Shown here: positions 12,129 through 22,949 of the stretch, piece after piece | Numbering within the stretch: the stretch's first letter is position 1 | Layout of the letters: each line of letters opens with the position of its first letter | Assembly: GCF_001194135.2 (NCBI RefSeq) | Contig: NC_068993.1 | Coordinates: 42,963,852-43,000,959, forward strand | Direction: 5' to 3' | DNA from: Octopus bimaculoides | Lineage: Eukaryota | DNA length: 37,108 bases | Notes under the pieces: model-generated | What the model saw: only the letters and a program-made list of their open reading frames with translations | The model's database searches: none | What the model was told of the DNA's origin: nothing | Made by a program: the position numbers and the translations under genes

Positions 12129-12705
12129 CATACATACATACATACACACACATGCATACGATAGTAACATTGTTCATCATTTGAATGCTCTTAAAAGAGC
12201 TTCATTATAAGTTACAACTCATTTGTTGTTGATGGTTTTTCCATTCTTATGAGATTCAACTCCTCTCATTGCAACTGATTTTCCTCTATAAAAAGATAGT
12301 CTCTCTGCCTGCTTTCAACTTTTTCGTTAAGATGATAAAGATGAATATTTTATTTTAAATAAAATAGTAATTTTCTCCTTTAAAAACGTCAAGTACCTGT
12401 CATAAAAAATATCTCATAAAGATATAGGGAGAATTTCTATCTTTCACTCCACAGTACTCAAAAGTTGTATAAATGATTAAGGGAACAAAAAAAAGTAAGG
12501 AAAATGACGAAAGACGGCTAACTGCGACGACTTTTTGAAGTGTCGACATTTTCAATTTCATTTTGTTTTGTGTTTTTTTTTTCGTAAAGGGGGAAACAAG
12601 TATTTTATTTGTAATGTTTATATTTTTAATCAAATGGCAGGAAAACAAACTTTGTGTATAATATGTGTGTGTGTGTGTGTGTGTGTGCGTATGTGTGTGT
12701 GTGAA

Positions 12706-13024
12706 GGCGCATGGCTCAGTGGTTAGAGCATCGAGCTTATAATCGATCGTGAGGTTGTGAGTTCGATTTCCGGACCGGGCAATGTGTTGTGTTCTTGATC
12801 AAGGCACTTTATTTCACATTGCTCCAGTTCACTCAGCTGTAGAGATGAGGCGCGACGTCACTGGTGCCAAGCTGTATCGGCCTTTGCCTTTCCTTTCGAT
12901 AACATCTATGTCATAAAGAGGAGAGGCTGGTATGCATGGGCGACAGCTGGTCTTCCATAAACAACCTTGCCCGGACTTGTGCCTTGGAAGGTAACTTTCT
13001 AGATGCAATCCCATGGTCATTCAT
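12706..13024 (+). mobile_element. tRNA-derived SINE family C
   Basis: A box TGGCTCAGTGG and B box GTTCGATTTC. Central domain gtgttcttgatcaaggcactttatttcacattgctccagttcactcagctgtag. Ends in (TATG)n. Confidence 0.85.
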
Positions 13025-13239
13025 GTATGTATGTATGTATTTCGTTTTCTCTCTTCTATTACTCTATTATTGTGTCACTCTTTCGTTTTCTCTTTTCTCT
13101 ATAATTCTTTTTATCTCCCCTTTGCCCCCTCTCATTTTTTCTCTCTTATCCTTTCTGTAATATTTTTCTCTCCTCTTCACCGTTCTCTGTCTGTCACTTC
13201 TCTCCCTCACTCTTCTTCCCTTGTTCTTTCGTGGCTCCC

Positions 13240-13740
13240 ACGTGACCATCGGCCATCTTTCTTTCTTTCTCTAACTTGTAATTTTTTCTTTCCTCCTGAT
13301 ACAGCTGGACGAATCAGACGTACTCTTGTCTGTCTCCTGTCAAGCTTGCTTCTTCGCGTTTGCTACCTCACTTAGTTTAAGCTTAGCAGCCTTCCTGTTT
13401 GTTTTCACTGTCCTATATTTGCTACCCATTTTGACCCAACGCAAAATCCCAAATTTTATTTAATTTGCTTTGTAGGAGCAACTGTTTTATCGAAGGCGTA
13501 TCTTGTCATGAAATGCTCGAAATACGGATTAGCAAAACAGCCGACAACTGATGAAGGGTCGTTCTTTATGTTGCGTGTCTTATTTTCTATTTATTCCCTT
13601 CGTTGTTTGCAAAAAAAGTTCATATTCCATATATTCGTATTTTGTATTGTATATTTTCGTAATTTTTGTTGTTTGCTTTCTCTGATGTCTTGTGCCCCCG
13701 TATGCATATGTATATACGTATGTAAGTATGTACTTATACG
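13240..13740 (+). mobile_element. Possible Penelope-like terminal-repeat remnant
   Basis: T-rich tract with acagccgacaaCTGATGAagggtc, resembling a cephalopod repeat I recall. No RT or GIY-YIG coding sequence seen and no complete hammerhead fold. Confidence 0.3.
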
Positions 13741-14935
13741 TATGTATATAAGCATATATATATATATATTATTTATATTATTATATGATTGAACGCCACG
13801 CATCCATTTCAAAGTAAGTTTTATCTCATATATATGATATATATACATGAGTGACTCGACAGTGAATATTCCTAAAGAAAACCGGGCTTGGTTTACCAGC
13901 TGATGATTGGAAACGAGTAACTCTGAGTATTGGAAAGCGGAGTCTTTCAGTTATACTGTATTGAAATATACCCTACCCACGTATTAAGTCCTGTAAGTTA
14001 TAATTTGGTTCTGGTGAATCAACAGCGATTCTTACACACATTAATTTCCTCTCATACAGCCACAAAACATGGAAGTGTTTTGTCACTCTGTTAGGAACAG
14101 TCCTGAATTCTACATTAGACTGCTTGTATGAATCTCTGAGAAAAAAGACATGAATGACTGGATACATACATGCATCCATCCTTCCACCAATCCACCCATC
14201 CGTACATACATTCATACATTTAAACATACAGACAGACATAATACATACGTATACAAATGAATACTGAACATCATAACTTTTTATGCATTTGTTATGTTAC
14301 TAAATGTCTAAGATGTAATCTCGAGAAACTGATATTGTCAAAGAAAGAAAGTGACCAGCTTTATACGCATTCTGCAGATACAAGCTGTAAGCAAAACTGA
14401 GAAAATGTGGAGGATTATCTACATTTTTACATATAACTCTTTGGCATCTTTAGAAATTCCGGCAACAGAGCTTCGTTTCTATGTTATAAAGTAGCACCTT
14501 CTTCATAGGAACAATTCAAATAATTACGAAAAATGGCATGCGCACACACACACACACACACACATACATAATGAGGGAAAGATGGCAAAGAGATATTCAT
14601 GCTCATATTCGTTATACAATCGAGCCAAGAAAAAAAGTGTGTGAATACATAGAAAGATGTATGCTTCTATACATCAACTAGCTCACATCTCTGTATCTGC
14701 ATATGGTTTAGTCAGCAATTATTTTCACGTATGTAAGGAAAAGCCAGGCCGTCTAACATCCTATGCACTCGACCAACAACATCTTACACACGCACACACA
14801 CGCAAACACACNNNNNNNNNNNNNNNNNNNNNNNNNNNNNNNNNNNNNNNNNNNNNNNNNNNNNNNNNNNNNNNNNNNCAAACACACGCAAACACACGCA
14901 AACACATATACGAGCTACACATATAGTCAGAAGCT

Positions 14936-15034
<99 letters not shown>
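14936..15034. repeat. (GATA)n microsatellite
   Basis: About 25 perfect units. Confidence 0.97.
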
Positions 15035-15744
15035 CCAAACAGGCGGACAGGCAGACAGACGTTTGAGTGAATATAGGTGGCTCTTTGCACACATACACAT
15101 TTCTAATGACAAAACTCTCCTCTCACCAGCAGGCCTACGCATTGATCTTATTTGAAGCAGTGAAGTTCTGAAAAAAATCAAGGAGTACATCTAAGAACCT
15201 CGATAAAACTTGTTGCATTGAACATTTTTTTCAAAAGGTTTTTCAAAGTTGTGTCAGGATTCAAAACACAATAAAGTTAACATGTAAATCATTCACGCAA
15301 CGAGCATGTTATTTTGATATAAATCATAGCTCAAGGAAGCAAACCTTTCTGCTTCGTATAACTTTACTACAGTTCTCATTTTCAGATGTACTTGAAGCTG
15401 TCAGTGAAGAAAACAGCAACCTTGGGCGATGTAATCGAATAGCTGCAGATATGTCAAAAGCACTGAGATGTGTTTTAATTGTCATTTTACCACCTCCCTC
15501 TATGTGTCGACTTCACTTCTCCTGTTGTTGTTTTCAACATACAAAAAAAAATTATCAACGGTAATATTTACAGACTTATTCAGTTCATTCGAAATTTACA
15601 TATAACAGAACAGTAAAGTATACTTGGAAAAAAGCATAGAATACGGTATAAAAGTTTAACCATCACTCACAAGCGAATATGATACGGTAGATTATAATAT
15701 GCTTTCGTAAATTGTTTAAGGTGCCTATATGGTCTCAAGCAGAT

Positions 15745-15880
15745 ATGGACACTCTCTCGGCTCTCCCAAAACTTGAGGCTACGGAAACACAAGGACATGA
15801 CGGCGGAAATGAACGAGATATCCGCAGCTTTACGCAGTTGTACCCATTTTCAGCTGAGTAGAATGGCAAAACGTAAAGGG
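15745..15880 (-). mobile_element. SINE fragment sharing the family C central domain but with a different 3' tail
   Basis: Reverse complement has ...ccattctactcagctgaaaatgggtac..., similar to ccagttcactcagctgtagagatgag at about 12823-12849; the downstream sequence differs. Confidence 0.45.
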
Positions 15881-15961
15881 AATACAAAGCAGCCCTCTGT
15901 CCATGAACACTCAATATGTGTCTGTGATGTATATGTGTGTATATATATATATATTTCATTA

Positions 15962-16077
15962 TTTCGAGACAGTATTTCTTGATACATGAAACATTTTGGC
16001 TGTGGTTTTTTTACGCTAGCGCCTGCCATACGAGCACCAACAATTTGACCTCTTTGAAAGTCCGATAGATCTGTCAT
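15962..16077 (-). pseudogene. Tc1-family transposase N-terminal HTH fragment
   Basis: MTDLSDFQRGQIVGARMAGASVKK, then after a frameshift TAKMFHVSRNTVSK. This is the typical Tc1 paired-like HTH start, truncated at a (TA)n run. Confidence 0.85.
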
Positions 16078-17328
16078 TTTAATGAATTTTAATTACCTTT
16101 CTCTGATGNNNNNNNNNNNNNNNNNNNNNNNNNNNNNNNNNNNNNNNNNNNNNNNNNNNNNNNNNNNNNNNNNNNNNNNNNNNNNNNNNNNNNNNNNNNN
16201 NNNNNNNNNNNNNNNNNNNNNNNNNNNNNNNNNNNNNNNNNNNNNNNNNNNNNNNNNNNNNNNNNNNNNNNNNNNNNNNNNNNNNNNNNNNNNNNNNNNN
16301 NNNNNNNNNNNNNNNNNNNNNNNNNNNNNNNNNNNNNNNNNNNNNNNNNNNNNNNNNNNNNNNNNNNNNNNNNNNNNNNNNNNNNNNNNNNNNNNNNNNN
16401 NNNNNNNNNNNNNNNNNNNNNNNNNNNNNNNNNNNNNNNNNNNNNNNNNNNNNNNNNNNNNNNNNNNNNNNNNNNNNNNNNNNNNNNNNNNNNNNNNNNN
16501 NNNNNNNNNNNNNNNNNNNNNNNNNNNNNNNNNNNNNNNNNNNNNNNNNNNNNNNNNNNNNNNNNNNNNNNNNNNNNNNNNNNNNNNNNNNNNNNNNNNN
16601 NNNNNNNNNNNNNNNNNNNNNNNNNNNNNNNNNNNNNNNNNNNNNNNNNNNNNNNNNNNNNNNNNNNNNNNNNNNNNNNNNNNNNNNNNNNNNNNNNNNN
16701 NNNNNNNNNNNNNNNNNNNNNNNTTTGTGTGTCTGTCTGTATACACACGCACCACCACCACCAACATCACCACCACACATTAACAACGCAGAGTAAATAT
16801 GTTTGACTGTATATTACAGGAACTACATCACAGAACATTAATTAATATAATACAAACAGAAAACAATAAGGAATAATTCCCAAAAATCAACGCAAAATAA
16901 ACATCGCCTAATTAATACAGAAACACACGTACACACACACACACACACACACACATACACACAGTTCGAAAATGTCTACAACTTGTACATTCTACGATGA
17001 CAACACTCTTCACTAAACGTAATCCATATTACAAGGAGAGTCTCATGCTATAAAAGCGGCCATGTTGTAGCGAGAAAATTATGTGTTAAATGAGTATATA
17101 AGAAGGTAATTGCTGTTGTTGGTAGTGGTGTGGTGTGGTGTGTGTGTGTGTGCGTGTGTGTGTTGATGATGATGATGAGGATGATGGGGATTGAATCAAC
17201 AATGATATGGTTATGAACATCATCAACACTGCTATTGTTGCTTCGTAGTATTATGGCTCATTATTTCTTGTCAACATTAGCGTAATCATGACTGCCATGT
17301 AGGAGCTGGTCCCCGTCGCCATGTTATT

Positions 17329-17790
17329 ACCACCACCACCACCACCACCACCACCACCACCATCACAACCACTATTACCAATGACATCATCATCTTCGTC
17401 GTGACTGCCATTATCAGCGTCAGCGTCTTTGTCATCATCATTATCAATATCATCGCCGTCATCATCATATCACCACCACCACTACCATCATCAGCATCAG
17501 GATCATCATAATCCTCATCATCAACTCCATTATCCCCCTCCTCCTCATCATCATCATCATCCTCTTCATCATCATCATAATCATCATCGTCATAATCATC
17601 ATCATCATCATCATCATCATCATACTACTACTACTACTACTACTNNNNNNNNNNTCAGGATCATCATAATCCTCATCATCAACTCCATTATCCCCCTCCT
17701 CCTCCTCATCATCATCATCCTCTTCATCATCATCATAATCATCATCATCATCATCATACTACTACTACTACTACTGCTACCACTACCTGA
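17329..17790. repeat. (ACC)n/(ATC)n/(ACT)n trinucleotide array
   Basis: Visible; produces spurious poly-H/I/V/M ORFs. Contains a duplicated block across the 10-N gap. Confidence 0.92.
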
Positions 17791-17811
17791 GTGAAACGAT
17801 ACGAAAAATAA

Positions 17812-17823
17812 AGAGAGACAGAC

Positions 17824-17854
<31 letters not shown>

Positions 17855-17865
17855 GACAGACAGAC

Positions 17866-17912
<47 letters not shown>

Positions 17913-18017
17913 GACAGAGAGAGTGGGAGACAGAGAGCGAGAGACAGAAACAGAGAGAGAGACAGAGAGAGAGAGAGAGACAGAGAGACAGAGAGACAGA
18001 GACAGAGAGAGAGAGAA
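17812..18017. repeat. (GACA)n/(GA)n microsatellite
   Basis: Visible simple repeat. Confidence 0.92.
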
Positions 18018-18664
18018 AGAAGGCTACAGCAAGATCCAATACATCAAGACTACCGACAGTATTCTGCGATATCTACAACCAGGACTATCAGTATCTAAGG
18101 TCTACAATCCCATGAAAAGGCAAAAACGTTATTGTTGAACCTCTCCTGGCTGCGCTAGAAAAGGAAAAGAAGAAAAGAAAGCCATATTCTGTGACCAAGT
18201 CGTACCTGATTACGAGTGACAGCCGAACAGAAAACGATCTTCATTCTTAATACTGCAAAGGAGTCGATCACATTGTGTGATATTACTGGGGCGAATTAAT
18301 CAGAAATACCTTTCCACTACTAAAGTGTTGCCCTTAGGTTGCCGTTAGAAATTTGATATGCGTACGTGAATGTATGTATGTATGTATACCATTATTTGTA
18401 TTGATGTCAATATATGTTTGTCAATATACGTGTAGATGCATATGCGTATATATGTATATATATATACATAGGTTACCTTTAAGAGTAGAAATGTGTTTAT
18501 GTAAGGGTATGCATAATTGTAAGTGTAAAAGCCCTCTTCTACACCCATGGCTTTTCATGTTTGTGTACATATCTATGTCTATGCATGCTGCGTTTGTATG
18601 TATATACACTGCGTATGTATATCTTTACGCATGTGTGTATATAAATATCATTCGACACACGGTG

Positions 18665-18678
18665 GTTACCCTGGCAAC
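18665..18678. promoter_or_regulatory. RFX X-box-like motif
   Basis: GTTACCCTGGCAAC fits GTTRCC-N2-RGYAAC. Motif match only. Confidence 0.3.
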
Positions 18679-20884
18679 CTATTGTTCCATACCCAATAAA
18701 GCAATCTTATTCAGTCACCTCGTCTGAGGTATTTATTTTCGGAGCACAGTCAGATATATTTTACTTCTAGTTTCCAATGGCAAATCTACTGTTCACTGTC
18801 ACGTAGAGAACGAAAGAACAAACAAACCCGTCTAAAAAAGAAAAGCCTTCCTTACTAAAAATGCTCGGCCACTCGGTACATCTAACAGTTAGTAGCAATG
18901 GTTGAAATAACACAATCCGGATTATCCTCGATGGTAAGACATGTTTAAAATAAATGTGCTACATTATATTTCTCCTGCTAACGCCTTGGTGATATATATA
19001 GGTAAAAACACATGCATTCGTGCATACGCATACGTGTGTATATGTGATAGATAGATATTTATGTACATATATATGCTTATATATGCTTATATATGCATGC
19101 ACACANNNNNNNNNNNNNNNNNNNNNNNNNNNNNNNNNNNNNNNNNNNNNNNNNNNNNNNNNNNNNNNNNNNNNNNNNNNNNNNNNNNNNNNNNNNNNNN
19201 NNNNNNNNNNNNNNNNNNNNNNNNNNNNNNNNNNNNNNNNNNNNNNNNNNNNNNNNNNNNNNNNNNNNNNNNNNNNNNNNNNNNNNNNNNNNNNNNNNNN
19301 NNNNNNNNNNNNNNNNNNNNNNNNNNNNNNNNNNNNNNNNNNNNNNNNNNNNNNNNNNNNNNNNNNNNNNNNNNNNNNNNNNNNNNNNNNNNNNNNNNNN
19401 NNNNNNNNNNNNNNNNNNNNNNNNNNNNNNNNNNNNNNNNNNNNNNNNNNNNNNNNNNNNNNNNNNNNNNNNNNNNNNNNNNNNNNNNNNNNNNNNNNNN
19501 NNNNNNNNNNNNNNNNNNNNNNNNNNNNNNNNNNNNNNNNNNNNNNNNNNNNNNNNNNNNNNNNNNNNNNNNNNNNNNNNNNNNNNNNNNNNNNNNNNNN
19601 NNNNNNNNNNNNNNNNNNNNNNNNNNNNNNNNNNNNNNNNNNNNNNNNNNNNNNNNNNNNNNNNNNNNNNNNNNNNNNNNNNNNNNNNNNNNNNNNNNNN
19701 NNNNNNNNNNNNNNNNNNNNNNNNNNNNNNNNNNNNNNNNNNNNNNNNNNNNNNNNNNNNNNNNNNNNNNNNNNNNNNNNNNNNNNNNNNNNNNNNNNNN
19801 NCAAGTGTGCCACATGCAAGTACTGGTACTCGTCTCCATTTTGGTTAGGAATACGCATAGTTAGACAAGATCGAACGTGATTTCGAAATAATCACACAGT
19901 TTAAGGAGGTAATTTATTAAAATATTTTGATTGCTATTCTCTTTGCATCAGCCCTAGATTTGTGCAAGAAATTGCGTTAACCATAGATATAGATTAATTA
20001 ATTTTTTAATTATCGTATGCGAGAAAGCTTGTGCACAACCATATTTATAAATATATACATATACGTACACATGCATCCACATATAAAAAAAACACAAGAA
20101 TATAATAATACATAAACACATACCCATACACACACAAACATACACACACGCACAATATGCGTTTTGTTCACAGAACTATCGATTTCAATGGGTGAGAACT
20201 TGTTCATACCATGGAAACCTAGTACTTACTTGACAAATGCTTTATTGTAATGATCATTTATGAATAAAGTTAAAGTTAACATTCATAATAGTAATCAATG
20301 TTTGAGTATAGGCATATAATTATTTATGGAGCTTCATAGATTTTTGACTTCAAACTTGGTCCATAGGGTTGTAAGTTCATGAGGTCACATACATATGCTT
20401 TTCCTCTGAATTACGTGATGACATGAATATGTGCTATGCATATAAACCTGTGTAGTTGGGGAATCCAGCATATTTTCATGGGAGTATATGTCTTTGATGT
20501 ATAATGCACATAAACGTATAATGTACATAATGTTCATATAATCGATATCCAAAACACTTACCAAGGGTGGAATGGGGAAAGAGGGGGGGGCATGCTTGAA
20601 ATTTCGAAGTATGAATTGTTTCTTGTGCATTCCAGGGTAGAAGTTTTCATCTCTAATCTTTAGAAAACTTCATTGTTGATGTTATATTTAATTTTTCCGT
20701 AATACTGAGGTCGCATTTGTTGCTCCGTCCTCTATATTCGCTGGCCTTAGCTACGAAACTTCAGTTTATAAAAGAAGGCAATGAACAATCCTCATATAAT
20801 AGTAGTGATATTAGCACATAGATGTATGTGTGTGTATTATATACACACATATGTATATACTCATACGTATACGCATATATATAC

Positions 20885-20934
<50 letters not shown>

Positions 20935-21161
20935 ATAAGGAATAGACTCTGAAGATGCAAGAGCTTTTTAAAGGTTTTATTAACTTAACCGGTTTCACTT
21001 ATTCAAAATGATTTTCAAATGTAAAGTATGAGGCTTTGTATATCCTCTGTGGTGGAGGATACACAAAGCCTCATGCTTTACTTTTGAAAATCTTTTCAAC
21101 TAAGAGTTAAGTTAATAAATACCTTTAAAAGACTCCTCGAATTTCAGATTCTTTCTCTTAT
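20935..21161. mobile_element. Foldback (palindromic) MITE-like element of about 227 bp
   Basis: Core arms 21022-21047 and 21055-21080 match at 24/26 around a 7-nt loop. Imperfect symmetry extends to ataagg...cttat at the ends (e.g. ttttaaaggt(a)tttattaacttaac in both arms). Confidence 0.8.
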
Positions 21162-21344
21162 ATTTTTACTTGTGCGGTAACCCCCAACCTTACATTGTTT
21201 TATATATATATATATATATATAATATATATACGGCAGTGTTATACTAAGCTAGATTCTGTTAACAGTATACAGTAATAAATTGTGACCGCGATAATTTAA
21301 AATAAATCATTATGAGGTGACAAATTTGTTAAAATTAATTCAGC

Positions 21345-21780
21345 AGTGGCTGTGTGATAAGAAACTTGCTTCCTAACCACATGGTTCCGAGTTCAGTCCT
21401 ACTGCGTGGCAATTTGGGCAAGTGTCTGCTACCATAGCCTCGGGCTGACCAAAGCCTTGTGAGTGGACGAAAACTGAGAGAAGCCCATCGTATTTGTGTG
21501 TGTGTGTGTGTGTGTGTGTGTCTGTGTGTCTGTGTGTCTGTCTGTCTGTCTGTCTGTCTGTCTGCCTGTCCATTTGTCTGAGTTTGTTCCCCCCATCACC
21601 ACTTGTCAACCGGTGCTGCTGTGTTTACCTCTCCGTAAATCATCGGTTCGGCAAAACAGACCGATAGAATAAGTACTGTGCTTTAAAAGAAGTCCTGGGG
21701 TTGACTTGTTCGACTAAATCCCTTCAAGGCGGTGCTCCAGCATGGCCGCTGTCGAAATGACTGAAACAAGTAAAAAGAAT
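21345..21780 (+). mobile_element. SINE family A, full-length, with internal (TG)n(TCTG)n
   Basis: gtggctgtgtgataagaaacttgcttcctaaccacatggttccgagttcagtcc head; 3' end ggcggtgctccagcatggccg...gactgaaacaagtaaaaag. Confidence 0.92.
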
Positions 21781-21801
21781 ATTATTTACTTTTAATATTG
21801 T

Positions 21802-21989
21802 TTCCAATTTTGGCACAAAGCCAGCAATTTCGGAGGCGGGGCAAGTCGATTGCATCAGCCCCAGTGTCCAACTGCTACTTATTTTATCGAGCTCAGAAGG
21901 ATAAAAGGCAAAATCAACCTCAGTGGAATTTGGACTGAGTACCCGAAGCATTTCGCTAGGCGTGTTACCGATTCTGCCAGCTCGCTGCC
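21802..21989 (-). mobile_element. SINE family B with 20-bp TSD
   Basis: Head (reverse complement) ggcagcgagctggcagaatcggtaacacgcc. Direct repeat TTATTTACTTTTAATATTGT at 21782-21801 and 21990-22009. Confidence 0.92.
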
Positions 21990-22523
21990 TTATTTACTTT
22001 TAATATTGTCTTTGGAAATGGTGTGAACGAAACGATTTCCGCATGCCTAAATAAAGGCAATTATTTTTGCCAACAATAGCAAGCACCATAATTCACAAAT
22101 AAACTCAGTTAACTGAGTCTGCAATCCTGCTCGATTCTTATTGAAATCAGTTTACTTCGTTTATTTTTGTTTATGACTTTGGAAAAGGTATAAATGTTAC
22201 AATTTCCAATTTCCTGTTTCTCTAAAATACCATGTTTCATGTTTGTTTAAATATTTCTTCGGTAAATTGCCAAATTCCGTTTTATGAGGATCTAACATAA
22301 ACCATTGACATATTTTTTTTCTGACTAACTGCGGAACCAATTTTACTCTTTGGAGTTTTATCGTTGTATGGAAAGATATCACAAGTTTCCAAAGAATTCA
22401 TTTTGAAAAGCAACAGTCATAGGATGTTAAAAACAAGATTTTATTCCAAATAACTCGGTAAGTTACATTGCCTCATTTTTCTAGGTCATATCACTAGGCA
22501 CTGAGTGGTTTACTATTATAAAT

Positions 22524-22889
22524 GTTGGCACTCCGTCGCTTATGACGTCGAGGGTTCCAGTTGATCTGATCAACGGAACAGCTTGCTCATGAAATTAGCG
22601 TGCAAGTGGATGAGCACTCCACAAACACGTGTACCCTTAACGTAGTTCTCGTGGATATTCAGCGTGACAAGGNNNNNNNNNNCAAGGTACAACAGAAACA
22701 GGAAGAAAGAGTGAGAGAAAGTTGTGGTGAAAGAGTACAGTAGGGTTCGCCACCACCCTCTGCCGGAGCCTCGTGGAGCTTTAGGTGTTTTTGCTCAATA
22801 AACATTCACAACGCCCGATCTGGGAATCGAAACCGCGATCCTATCACCGCGAGTCCGCTGCCCTAATCACTGGGCCATTGCGCCTCCAC
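22524..22889 (-). mobile_element. tRNA-derived SINE family D with 12-bp TSD
   Basis: Head (reverse complement) ggaggcgcaatggcccagtgattagggcagcggactc...gtttcgattcccagatcgggcg with A and B boxes. TSD ACTATTATAAAT at 22512-22523 and 22890-22901. Internal 10-N gap. Confidence 0.9.
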
Positions 22890-22949
22890 ACTATTATAAA
22901 TAGACATTATTTAACAATTTCTATTAATTGACCAAAGTAGTGTTTAAAG

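Noticed and set aside
12706-12780. tRNA gene
   Set aside because: A and B boxes are present, but there is no proper acceptor stem or anticodon arm and it continues into a SINE body. The same applies to the head at 22820-22889.
13889-13935. Hammerhead-like CTGATGA-ttg-GAAA
   Set aside because: No stem II and no stem I pairing.
17286-18039. Poly-His, poly-Ile and poly-Val ORFs
   Set aside because: Translations of (ACC)/(ATC)/(ACT)/(GA) microsatellites, with no splice or codon evidence.
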